DNA from: a bacterium
Lineage (GTDB): Bacteria > Patescibacteriota > Dojkabacteria > SC72
Direction of reading: 5' to 3'
Assembly: GCA_021463465.1 (NCBI GenBank)
Contig: JAJTYH010000003.1
Location: 275,549 to 339,548 of the forward strand
Length of the DNA stretch: 64,000 nucleotides
In this document: piece by piece, positions 30,672 through 42,600 of the stretch
Numbering within the stretch: the first letter of the stretch is position 1
How the letters are laid out: each line of letters opens with the position of its first letter
Position numbers and translations under genes: made by a program
The notes under the pieces: generated by a model
The model's database searches: none
Seen by the model: the letters and a program-made list of their open reading frames with translations, nothing else
Told to the model about the DNA's origin: nothing

Positions 30672-32003
30672 ATGGATGTGGAAAAGTATAAGTCATTGCT
30701 TAATGAGTATGTTAGCTTTCAGAGCATATCGACAGATCCGGATAAAAAGTCAGGCATAACTGATACAGTTAGTTGGCTGAAAAGTCTTTTTGAAATGAGT
30801 GGCTTTGAAGTGACCATACTCCAAAAAATGGGAATTAATCCTGTGGTTTTTGCAGAATACAAAAATAAAGATGCAATGGAAAGTGTTCTAGTGTATGGAC
30901 ACTACGATGTTCAACCAGCTTCTAAGGAAGACGGATGGGACTTTGAACCTTTTAAATTGATAGAAAAGAATGATCGACTATATGCTAGAGGAGTTGTAGA
31001 TAATAAGGGTCAAAATTTGATTCATATATTTACAGTTATAGAGCTCATTAAGCAAGGAAAACTCAAATATACTGTTAAGTTTCTTTTGGAGGGGGATGAA
31101 GAGACTGGTGGTGTCGAACAGATGCGTGAAATTATGATTGAAAATAAAGCAATTTTAGAGTCAGATTATGTAATTGTATCTGACGGTGAAATGGTTGCTG
31201 GAAAACCAGCAATTGAAGGCTCATATCGAGGTGGCTTTAATCTAACGGTAAAGTATCAAACTGCAAACAACAACGTTCATTCTGGTCTTTACGGAGGAGC
31301 TGTTCCGAACGCATTATTTGAACTTTCTAAGCTACTAGGTAAGTTATACGGTGAAGATAATCGAGTAGCTGTTGAAGGTTTTTACAACGGTGTTGACGAA
31401 ATTAATAAGACTGTATTAGAGAATAATAGGAAGCTTTCTGAAATGGGTCAGGAGCAAGCATTAGCTCATCCGGGCTTTAAACAGCTTCATGCTGAAGAAG
31501 GATTTGATTTTTATACCCAAACTGGGCTTAGACCTACTCTACAAATCACAGGTGTTAAAGGTGGGTATGTTGGCAATGGCTATTCAAATATTATCCCGGC
31601 GATGGTAGAAGCCAGGATTAACTTTCGATTAGTTGCTTCGCAAAGTCCAAATGAAGTTCTTAAGTTATTTAAAAAGTTTGTATCGGAGAACACTCCTGAA
31701 TATGTGAGTTATACAATTGAAGTGTCTGGCATGCATGACCCAGTTAAACTTCATACTAACAGTCCAATTTTCAAAAAAGTTAAAGACATTCTTAGGAGCT
31801 CATATGATAATGAAGTTTTTAATTATTATGTCGGAGGTGCTATCCCTTTTATTGCTAATGTGAAAGAGATTTTTGGAGTAGATACAATTTCAATTGGTCT
31901 CGCAAATGAGGATTGTAATATGCACGGTGCCAATGAGAACTTTGATATAAAACTAATTGAAAAGGGGTTGAAATTTTCAAAGAAGTTTTTTAGTCTAGAT
32001 TGA
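30672..32003 (+). CDS. M20/M25/M40 family metallopeptidase (dipeptidase-like)
   Basis: YGHYDVQP, ARGVVDNKG, EGDEETG, HSG..GG, HGANE. Confidence 0.92.
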   Translation: MDVEKYKSLLNEYVSFQSISTDPDKKSGITDTVSWLKSLFEMSGFEVTILQKMGINPVVFAEYKNKDAMESVLVYGHYDVQPASKEDGWDFEPFKLIEKNDRLYARGVVDNKGQNLIHIFTVIELIKQGKLKYTVKFLLEGDEETGGVEQMREIMIENKAILESDYVIVSDGEMVAGKPAIEGSYRGGFNLTVKYQTANNNVHSGLYGGAVPNALFELSKLLGKLYGEDNRVAVEGFYNGVDEINKTVLENNRKLSEMGQEQALAHPGFKQLHAEEGFDFYTQTGLRPTLQITGVKGGYVGNGYSNIIPAMVEARINFRLVASQSPNEVLKLFKKFVSENTPEYVSYTIEVSGMHDPVKLHTNSPIFKKVKDILRSSYDNEVFNYYVGGAIPFIANVKEIFGVDTISIGLANEDCNMHGANENFDIKLIEKGLKFSKKFFSLD

Positions 32004-32061
32004 AGTAACAAAAGTAAGTTTTTTAAGATATAATGTACTAATTAGCTATTAAGATAGCATT

Positions 32062-33615
32062 ATGGACAAGGCAAAAGCTGAAAATATCAATTCAGAAATC
32101 GCTCAAAACGAGAGCCCTTTAGATGTACAATCAATTATTACAGAGGAAGTTGTACGCGCTTACCCTGAGTCAAACGATATTGCTGATTTGACACAATTCT
32201 ACTCAAAAGTAGGTGAGCTTTTGGAAACAGGGGAAACGATTTTTTCAAAGGATCAAGGTAGAGAGTGGAAGCTTATGAGAGCCATTGTTCATAGCGGTAG
32301 AGAAGCGTTAAGAAACGAATCAACTCACTTTCATGTTGAAAATATGCTAAGAGGGGTTTTTACACCTGAAGAAGTAAATAAGTATTTGGACAATGAAATT
32401 AATCAGCTCGTAACGCCACTAGGAATAATTGTGTTTTCTGAAGATGGCCGTATGGAGTTAAAACCTGGTAATTTCAGAGAATCAGTCGCTTCTAATGATG
32501 GAGTGATATTTAGCATTTTACCTGTTGAAGAAGATTTAGCTCCTAATGTGCAACCAGTATCAATGCGGTCACATGTCGGAGGTCAACCCCCTGTGCGGAG
32601 TGTAGGTAAACAAAGAAGGGACATTAGGTCTTCGCCTGCGGCGGTTCTAAGTTCGTTTGCTTTGATGCTGGGTAGTATCACCAGCTTAAATCAAGCTGTG
32701 AATGCAATCCCAGTTCATCAATCAAGGGGTGAAGCTATTAAAAATGTAATAACAGTCAGTCCATTAGAACAAAAGCCAAGTGATACTGTTAAAATTGTTA
32801 GAAGGTACGAGGGTGGTATAAGAAAAGATTCCAAAGAGGAGATAGATTTAGGTGGTATCAATTTTATGAGTCCAGAACCTTTAACGATAAAGGAAAAGCG
32901 TAATTTAGTACAGCTTCAAGCAGATCTAGAGTGCCCAAGGAATGTAGTACCACTTCCCGCAGGTGTAATTGAGGTACCAAATATGCCTCAAGGAACGTCT
33001 GCCTGTGTTTTCCTTAATCCTATTATTGATGAAGAGGGAGTGATTATTGGGCACGAACCTAATAGTGGCCGGCTCATTGTACATATAGACGATGGTAGCT
33101 CCTTAGATGTTTTCAACGTATGCAAGTCGAGAGTCTTAAACGATGAAGATTTAACAGGCCGTTGTGTTAGACAGTTTGAACTTGGTACAAAGGATAAACT
33201 TATTGCAATGCAATACGCTTCTGGTCCAACGAAAATAGTTTTGAAATTTGAAAATCGAATACTGAAACTGAAAGAAGGTGGATTTTTCGGCGAAGATAAA
33301 GGGGTTGATATTGAGGAGCTTGTCGAAGGGATAAGGACAGTTGGTTCATTAACTGATGAGCAACGAAATCAAATTTTATCTACACCAACACCTATCTTAA
33401 CCCCTAAGCCTACAAAAACACCAAAAGTTTTTGCAACTGAAGTAGATGAATTAGACGATCCATCTCTTTCGGCTGAAGAGAGGGCTGAGATAATTAGGAT
33501 TAGGCAAGAAAAAAAAGATAAAGCCAACAGCTTTTGGCTTGGCACTGCAATTACTATCTTTGCACTTCTTGGGGTAGGTACAGCTGTCTATAACTCTCGT
33601 CACCAAGTAGGGTAA
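32062..33615 (+). CDS. Hypothetical membrane protein
   Basis: 517-aa ORF; internal hydrophobic segment, PTP linker, C-terminal TM. Confidence 0.65.
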   Translation: MDKAKAENINSEIAQNESPLDVQSIITEEVVRAYPESNDIADLTQFYSKVGELLETGETIFSKDQGREWKLMRAIVHSGREALRNESTHFHVENMLRGVFTPEEVNKYLDNEINQLVTPLGIIVFSEDGRMELKPGNFRESVASNDGVIFSILPVEEDLAPNVQPVSMRSHVGGQPPVRSVGKQRRDIRSSPAAVLSSFALMLGSITSLNQAVNAIPVHQSRGEAIKNVITVSPLEQKPSDTVKIVRRYEGGIRKDSKEEIDLGGINFMSPEPLTIKEKRNLVQLQADLECPRNVVPLPAGVIEVPNMPQGTSACVFLNPIIDEEGVIIGHEPNSGRLIVHIDDGSSLDVFNVCKSRVLNDEDLTGRCVRQFELGTKDKLIAMQYASGPTKIVLKFENRILKLKEGGFFGEDKGVDIEELVEGIRTVGSLTDEQRNQILSTPTPILTPKPTKTPKVFATEVDELDDPSLSAEERAEIIRIRQEKKDKANSFWLGTAITIFALLGVGTAVYNSRHQVG

Positions 33616-33674
33616 AGGACAAGTCACTGCCACTACGAAAATCTTCTTTTTTTTGGTATTGTAATTGTGAAATT

Positions 33675-36600
33675 ATGATGTCGTGGAGAACAAAAAGAAG
33701 GTTAATGCGTCTATGGGTCGCACTGCAATCTACCTTATCAATGAATGGGTATAATCAACGCCGCAAATTTCCCCAGAATCGCTTAGGTATCCAGTCAAAT
33801 ATACGAGTTGTTGGTAAAACTTTAAAGTTTGGTACAGCTATAGTGCTTGCTATCTTGATTAGCACTTTTCTGTTTAGAATTGTTAGCGCCGAAATCCTTT
33901 TAACTAACGAACGTAATCGACTTGAGTTTAAATCAAAAAGTAACAGTTTCCTTTTTGATCAAATTCCTATTGTGGAAATAAAGGATACAAGATACGTATT
34001 AGGAAGTATTAAGAATGTACTAGGTGCAACTACTCAAAACATAAATGAAGGAACAAGCGTAAAACTTATTGATCCAATTGGAAATCAAGTAAGCGGTGCT
34101 ACTATCTTTAATGTTTTGGGAAATAAATATCAGGTCAAAGTACCTGAAAACGTAGATTTTGTCCCAGGTAAATATCGTCTTTTGATTGACTCTCAAGGTA
34201 GGCATGTTGAGAAGGACTTTACCTGGGGAGTTTTAGCCGTCAATACAAATAAAAGTGTTTTCACACTCGGAGAAAATGTGTTTTTGCAATTGGCCTCATT
34301 AGACGAAAAGGGTCATACACTTTGTAACTCCAATCTAAAATTAAAGATAACCTCTCCAAATGGTGGAGTTGAATACACTGAAGTTCGTAAGAGCGGCGAT
34401 TGTTTTGATGATAACGTTACACTTAAGGCAGATTATTATAGTAACTTCGAACCAACCCAGATAGGATCCTATGTTATTCAATTAACAAATTCAGACTTAG
34501 GCTATACTATTTCAGATTCATTTAGAGTGGAAAAGTCTGTACCATTTATTATTGAGCGGTTTGGTCCAACTCGTATCTTTCCTAAGTCAGATTACAAGAT
34601 GAAGATATTCGTAACAGCGAATACTGATTACGTTGGAAAGGTAGAGGAGCTGGTCCCGAGTTCTTTTAAGGTTAATCAAAAAACAATGGAAGGTCTAAAT
34701 GGTAAGTTGTTAACTTGGGATGTTAACCTTAAAAAAGGTGAATCTAAAAGCGTAGAGTATATTTTTGACGCTCCAGATATCTCACCCGAACTTTATGTAA
34801 TCGGTCCGTTGAGAATAGGGGAATTTTCTGAATATAGAACATGGAAAGTTGCTTCGGATATTGTCGCAACATTGACTGATACTTATTTGCAAACAGGTAC
34901 TTGGGTTGCACCAGATGGTGTGACAAGTGCAAGTGTTGAGGTTTGGGGAGGTGGCGGAGCTGGTGGTGGTGCAACAGGGAACCCAGCTGCGGGGGGAGGA
35001 GGTGCTGGTGGTACATACGCTAAAAAAGCTAACTTTTCGGTTACTGCTGGAAATTCGTATACAACAACAGTAGGAGCAGCTAAAACTGCAACAACGACTA
35101 GCAGCGCTTCTACAAATACTGGAAATGTATCTTGGTTTAGTTCGAATGATACTAATGGAGTAGTAGGTGAAGGTGGTCCTGGAGGCGCTCCAGTTTCAGC
35201 TAATAGTTCAAACGGAAACGGTGGTACTGGTAGTACAGCAAATAGCTTTGGTGATGGAGGGTCAGTTTTTGCAGGTGGAAATGCATCAAATGGTAACTTT
35301 ACATCGGGCACACCGGGAGGTGCTGGTGGAGGAGGAGCAGGGAGTAGTGGAGTTGGTGGTAATGCATCCGCAGGAACTGGAGGAACTGGTTCAAGCACTG
35401 GTGGTGGAAATGGAGCCAATGGTGTAGCTAATAGTACTGCCGGCGCGGCAGGTACAACTTACGGTGGAGGTGGGTCTGGTGGAAAGGCTAATAGTACGAC
35501 TGATAGGGCAGGTGGTACAGGTGCAGCGGGAGCAGTTGCTGTTACATATTCAGCAGATTTCCCAAAAGTGGAAGCTACATCTACTGGCCGTGACTCCACT
35601 GATGCGACAAGCCATACGATTACAATGCCATCTGGAATAAATGTTGGGGAACTACTTATTATCGTATTTTCAGTTGATGGCAATCCTACTGTAACAATTG
35701 GCTCTGGTAACTGGACTAAATTGGGTCAGGCAAGCAATGGTACTACAGTTACTCAAGCCATATTTTATAAAGTAGCTGAGGGTAGCGATACGGCAACTGT
35801 GTCTACATCCTCAACCCAAGAAGCCTCTCATATTGTGTATAGGATTAGTGGTGCTGGTGATACAATTAGCGGTACATCTGCAAATGGTAGTAGTACAAAC
35901 TCAAATCCTCCAAACCACAATCCTGGTACCACCAATAATTACTTATGGATTGCTACTCGAGGTGGTGATGCTCAGGTTGTAGCTTCAGTTCCACCAACGA
36001 ATTTCGCCAATTATAAAAGTATTGGAGCACAAAATTCGACAGGTGCATCATCAAATACCTCAACTAGAGTACATCAGGCATCGAGTTTAGACCCAGGTAC
36101 GTGGACAAGTACGACTGAACAGTGGGTAAGTTATACGATATCCGTTCCGCCTCCAGTAACCTTAAGCGGAGCAGTTTACACAGATGAAATAGGGACAAAT
36201 ATTGGAGCAAATAAAACCGTCGATATACGGATTAATGGTACAGGATCGTATACCGATGAAACAGACAATAGCGGAGCCTGGACTATAAATGTGCCATCAA
36301 TAGCATCAGGGGCTGTAATTACTGCATATCTTGATGACGAAACAGAAGAAGGTACCATCGTTATGGTCTCTGATGGTACATCAAAAAGTGATATCCATAT
36401 AGTACAAAATAGGGTTTTTGTTAGGCATGATACTGGATCTTCCATTACACCTGACAATCTATTTAGTGGAGATGATGGAGATGATGATGTTAAGTACTCT
36501 GTTTCAGCTTCTTCGAATGGCAATTTAACAGTCGACTCTGGATTTGAGTTACATGTTTGGCCTGGTGATACTTTTGATGCAAGTGGTGGTAGCATTACTC

Positions 36601-39600
36601 TTCAGGGTGGAGCAAATCTGCATGTTGACGATACTGCTTCGGTTTACTTAGACACGAGTACAAACACTATTGCTGGTGATGCACTGATTGATGGAAGTGC
36701 TACATTGCGAATCAATGCAAATACGGATATCAATGGAGGTGACATAACAACTAGTGGTACTAATGCTAATGTTACAACCACGTCAGGTTCGCCCACTGTT
36801 ACGATTTCAGGAACAGGGAGTATTGGTGGTGGAACGACTCCGTCTTTTACATTTCATAACTTGAATACATCCGGCACAGGTACGACAACCCTCTCAAATG
36901 CTGTTACGGCAAATAACGATGTTACAGTTGGGAGTGGTACAACGCTTAGAATTAATTCAAATTTGAATGTTAATGGTGGAGATTTAGTAAATACAACTAC
37001 CGGAATTATTGATTACACTTCTGGAACGCCAACAGTCACTCTAACTGGCGCAGGAACTCTTGGTGGTGGGTCTGGTGGAATATCTATTTACAATTTAACT
37101 ACGAATGGGAGTAGTAACAGTACAACGCTTGCAACAAATAATATTGTAATCTCAAATGCTTTAAACGTTGGTACTTCTCATACTTTTGCTATGAGCACAA
37201 ATTCTCTAACAATAGGTTCTACTTCGATAAGTGATTCTGGAGATATTACAATGGCGACTGGGAGTTCTACCTCTCAATCAGCTTCAGGTACAGTAACAAT
37301 TTTAGGGTCTAGTAATGCCGCTGATTGGGCTGGTCCTGGGATATTCACCGCATACAACCTTACAATTGGTAACGGTAGTAATACATTATCTGTGGACAAT
37401 GAAACTGCTGATTTATCAATTGATGTTAATAATGATTTTAATATAACGGCAAATGCCACATTTAGTGCATCATCAAGTTCTTCTTTTACAGTTGGAAATA
37501 GTTATAGTAACTCAGGTACATTTACCGCAAATAGTGGTTTAGTAACGATGGACGCAGGAGATAGTGGGAACACACTCTCAGGATCTATGACCGGCAGTAG
37601 TACTTTCTATAATCTCAGGTTTAATAATAGTGCTGGATCCTGGACGTTTTCAAACAATGCAGATGTAGGTAATGACTTTACAATTACCGATGCAACGGCA
37701 GTAAATGCCCCTTCATCTTTAAGTGTTGCCAGAAATTTTACTGGTAGTAGTGCATTCACCCCGGGCAGTGGAACGGTAACACTTAGTGGCGCAGGTGGTA
37801 CCACACAAACATTGTCGGGCAATACGACTTTTTATAATCTAACTGCTAACGCCAGTTCCTCAAGAATAATTCAATTTACAGCAAGCTCAACAAACACGAT
37901 TAACAATAACTTAACACTAACAGGAACAAATTGTGATGCACTTATGCTTTTAAGGTCTACATCTAAGGGTACTGTTTGGAACATTGATGATAACACTGGT
38001 GGGACAACAACTGTAAGTAATGTTGATGTTCAAGACTCAACTGCAACAGACCAAGCAGTGACTGCGACATCGTCAAATAATTCTGGAAATAATGGCAATT
38101 GGACAATTGCGGCTTCGGCTTGTGAAGGGGGGAGCACCTCAATCACTCCTGTTTCGTATGGATTTCAGAGGAAAACTTTCTTTGATGATACAAATGATGT
38201 TTATTGGATGCTTTACCATGATGGTGATGAGATTGAGGTCAGATACTCAAGTGATACAGGAACAACATGGAATCTTCCTTCAACTTCAAGTAGTGCACAT
38301 CTTGCATATGATACAAGTGACTTTTCAGTATGGAATAAAACAATTAGCTCTACAGAGTATATATTTTTAGCACTAAAAGACGGCTTTGATATAAAAGTAT
38401 TGGTAGGTACTCTTTCCGCCTCAAATGTCACGTGGGATAATGATATCGATACCGTATTTGACGGTACTAGTAGTGGTGATACATTTTCATATCCGTACGT
38501 ATCGTTAGACTCTTCAAACTATGTTTGGGTGGGCGCAAGGTATTATGATGGGACCAATTACGTTTATCGTACATCTGATAGCAACGCTATCGGTAGTACC
38601 GACTTGTCATCGGTAGGTTGGAATCCATTCAAGCAGGTTATCAATAATCAAACAAATTCTAATGTCTATGGGAATATTGTTCCGCTTGCTTCTCAAGCTA
38701 TGTATTTAACAGTTGCAGTTGGAACCGCACTTCGTGGGTGTATTTGGGATGACAGTGCAAATGATTGGGTCGATTCAAATGATGTTAGTTGTACTACAGA
38801 ATCTGAGGAGTACTACTCAACACTAAATAATGGACTTATTTCATATTGGAGGATGGATGAGACCAGCTGGAATGGGACTAGTAATGAAGTTGTTGATTCA
38901 TCTGGTAATGGATTACATGGAGTTAGAGTAGGTGATGCTACGACAGAAAATAGTGGATTTTTAAGGTCAGGAACATTTGATGGATCTGGTGACTATATTG
39001 ACGCAGGCTCGCCAGCATCTCTTGATGATTTACCTAACAGTGATTTTACAGTCTCATTTTGGCATAAGTATAGTGAGACAGGTTCAGCAAATTTCCCAGT
39101 TTTTGTCGGTAAACGTAATTACTTGGGAAGTTATGGGTGGAATATAAGCACAGAAAAAACAAATAAGTATGTTAAATTAAACGTTTTGTATCCGGGTGGT
39201 ACTGATGCTCAATTTACAACCGATGACGATGCTTTTGCCGATGGTGTATGGTCACAGGTTACAGTCACATGGGATGCTTCAACGAAAACAGGTGAAATCT
39301 TTATCAATGGAATACAACCAAGTATGTATAACGAGGTTTCAGGCAGCGGGACCTACACCTCAGATGCATCTGAAATACTAAGGGTAGGACATGATAATGT
39401 GGGATCCCCATATAAAGGGAATTTAGATGAATTCAGAATATATGATAGGGTTTTGAGTACAAGCGAAATTTCGCAACTATATCAATATTATCCAGGCCCA
39501 ATTAATATTGATAATTCTTCTGACTTTGGTTCAATGCCCGGAGCGGGGAGGCAGATAATCAGGGCTGGTGATGGTGATATATACGCTTTTGTAAATGATG

Positions 39601-42600
39601 GTGGGAATTGTGAGATGTGGAAATCCACTAATAGTTTTACATGGACGCAGCAACAGCCAGGAACAACAATTACATGCAGTAACAGTAATGCAATCTCTAC
39701 TTCAATTGACGGAAATGCAGATATACATGTAGCCTATTTTGATGGTACTTCTTCATTAAAGTATCGACTTTATGATACTGCGACAGATAACTGGGACGGT
39801 GGTGTTGGGGAAGAGAATATCGTTACGGGTGACACTTATAGTTCTGTAGTAGTGTCAATTGACAGTAATAATATCCCTCATATTGCAGTTAGAACTACAA
39901 CAGGGGCCATAATCGGATACAACAATAGAATCGGTGGTACATGGAATGGTTCTTTAACTACGGTTGAGTCTACTTCAGTCACAGATTATTTAGATTTAAC
40001 TATAAATGAAAATAACTATCCTGCAATCTCATATATTACGAGCACATCGCTTGTTGCAAAAGAAGGGAATGCAAACGATGCTTCGTCATTTAACAGCTCA
40101 GGGACTATCGATTCAACTGTGAATACAACAGCTGGTCAAGCTGGCATTTCAATTGCGGTAGACAGTGCAAATGGCGATGAATGGGTAGCGTATATTGACT
40201 CGGGTGGGTCAGTAGCTCTCGCAAAACATAGCGGAGGAACATGGGGATCGGGATGGAGCACAGTTACAACTAAATCAGATATAGGCTCAGAACCGAGCAT
40301 AGCTCTTGCGTGGTCAAACGGGGTATATGTGTTCTATCAGGATGACAGCACTGATCAGAAAATTGTGTACGATTTCTACAATAGTAGTGGGAGTAGTCCT
40401 GCCTGGGTGGGGGAAAAAGTCCTTCTAACCCCAAGTAGTGGAGTTGATTATAAAGATGTAAAGGTGAGGTGGTCTTATTTAAATAACCCTTCTTATTCAA
40501 ACTATTCTTTTGAGTATTTAATTAGTGATAATACGGACTTATATTTCGGACAACTTTCTCTCCCAGATTGGTTAACTAACTGGAGTAAAAGGGTCCCGAT
40601 TGTTATCTCCAACTCAAACATTGATGCTGATTTGACTGCTTTTCCATTAAACTTGACCGTAACTTCAACTTCAGGGACCGCTGACGATGATATGACCCTA
40701 CTTTTTGATTCGCTTGGTGCAAATAGCAAAAAGATTGCAATTACAAAATCTGATGGTACTACAGAGTTATACGCTGAAGTACAACGCTGGGACACTACTA
40801 ATGAAATTGGACAACTGTGGGTTTCAAAAGAAGATTTCGTGCTTTCTGGCTCAACGGATACCACCTTGTACTTATATTATGATAGTAATCACGCTGATAA
40901 TACAAACTATGTTGGGGATACAGGTTCCACAATCGCCGGTAAGGTGTGGGAACCTGGATATAAAGTTGTGGCGCATTTGGATGAAGCAGATGATACATCG
41001 AGGGTCGATGCATCAGGAAATGGGAATACAATGTCAGAAAGTGCTTCTGATACTGTAACCCAATATACCTCTGGGACACGAATTGGTGCGGATTTTGAGA
41101 GGGGTGATACAGAGTTCCTTGAAGTATCTGATAACTCAAGTCTTGAAATGAGTAATTTTACCTTTACTGCCTGGCTTAATGTTGAAAGCACTCAGAGCTC
41201 AGGAGGTGCGTATCAGGCTATTTTCACAAGGGGTGATGGAGGTAATTGGGCATACGGTTGGGCGACTGAATCGGATTCTATCGGAACGTTAATAGATGCT
41301 GATGGGTTTGCGGGGGGAGGAGCTTTGCCAGTGAGCGCTTCTTCTACATTTAATACAGGTGAATGGAATCTATTTCATGTCACTTATGATGGTTCGAATA
41401 TACGGCTGTATAAAAACGGTGTAGAGCTAACTTCTGGAGATTATCCATACGCTACAACTATTTCTATAAATCAAAATAGTACATCAAGTCTAAGATTAGG
41501 AAATTGGCAATCGCAATCTGGTTACTTTGATGGGATTATGGATGAAGTTATGCTTAATAGTGGAGCTAAATCTTCCGCATGGCTAAAGACAGATTATCAC
41601 TCAATGACTGACAATCTTGCGAACTGGGGGACTTCTGAAAGTGTTGCTTTTAGCACCTCCTCCCAAGATACAATTGATACTATCCCAGCTAATATAGATG
41701 ATAATTTTTCAGCAACAGTCGATTCTAGTAATAATGTCCACATTGCATATGTAGACGATGAAAGTACCGATCAAATTTCACATCGAAAGTGGACTAACTC
41801 TACTCAGACATGGGGTAGTGCAACACTTGTTCCAAGTGGAGCAAGTAATACTCATACGAATATAAGTATTGCAATAAACACATCGGCGGCAGATCTGAAT
41901 GATTTGTATGTTTCCTGGATTGATTCTTCAAATAACCACATATATTACCGACAGTATGATAGTTCGGCCACAAGTTGGTTAACTGTTCAGGATTGGAAAA
42001 CAACCGGTACTAATGTCTATCCGACTCTAAACTTCAGTGGTAGTGGAAGAGTATTTGCCCTTTGGAATCAAGGTACTTCTTCTCCTACTACTATTGATTG
42101 GGGTTCAATTTTAGCCCCGTCAGGAGGGAGTGCACCAACAGTTACAAGTGTAAGCTTAAATGGAGGGTCAACGATAACATTAACTGAAGGAACAACAACA
42201 AATATTTCAGTTGTCGGGACAGTTACTGACTTAGATGGTCATGCAAATATATCTACTGCAACAGCAAAGATTTATAGATCAGGTGTATCAGGTGCTCAAT
42301 CATGTTCAAATAGTGATAATAATTGTTACACAGTTGCTAGCTGTTCACTTAGCTCATGTGCTGGAAATACTTGTACAGCAACATGCACTGCACCATTAGC
42401 ATTTCATGCTGATGCAACTGATACTGGGAGTACATATGCATCAGAGTACTGGAGAGGTTGGATTGAAGCTACAGATGATGATTCAAATACAGGTTCTGGG
42501 TTTAGTAGCGTAGGGTCACCTGACCTTGCAAGTACTGCTGCTATGGATATAAGCTCTTCACTTGCTTTTGGCACGCTTTTAGCTGGTGATGACACCGGTG

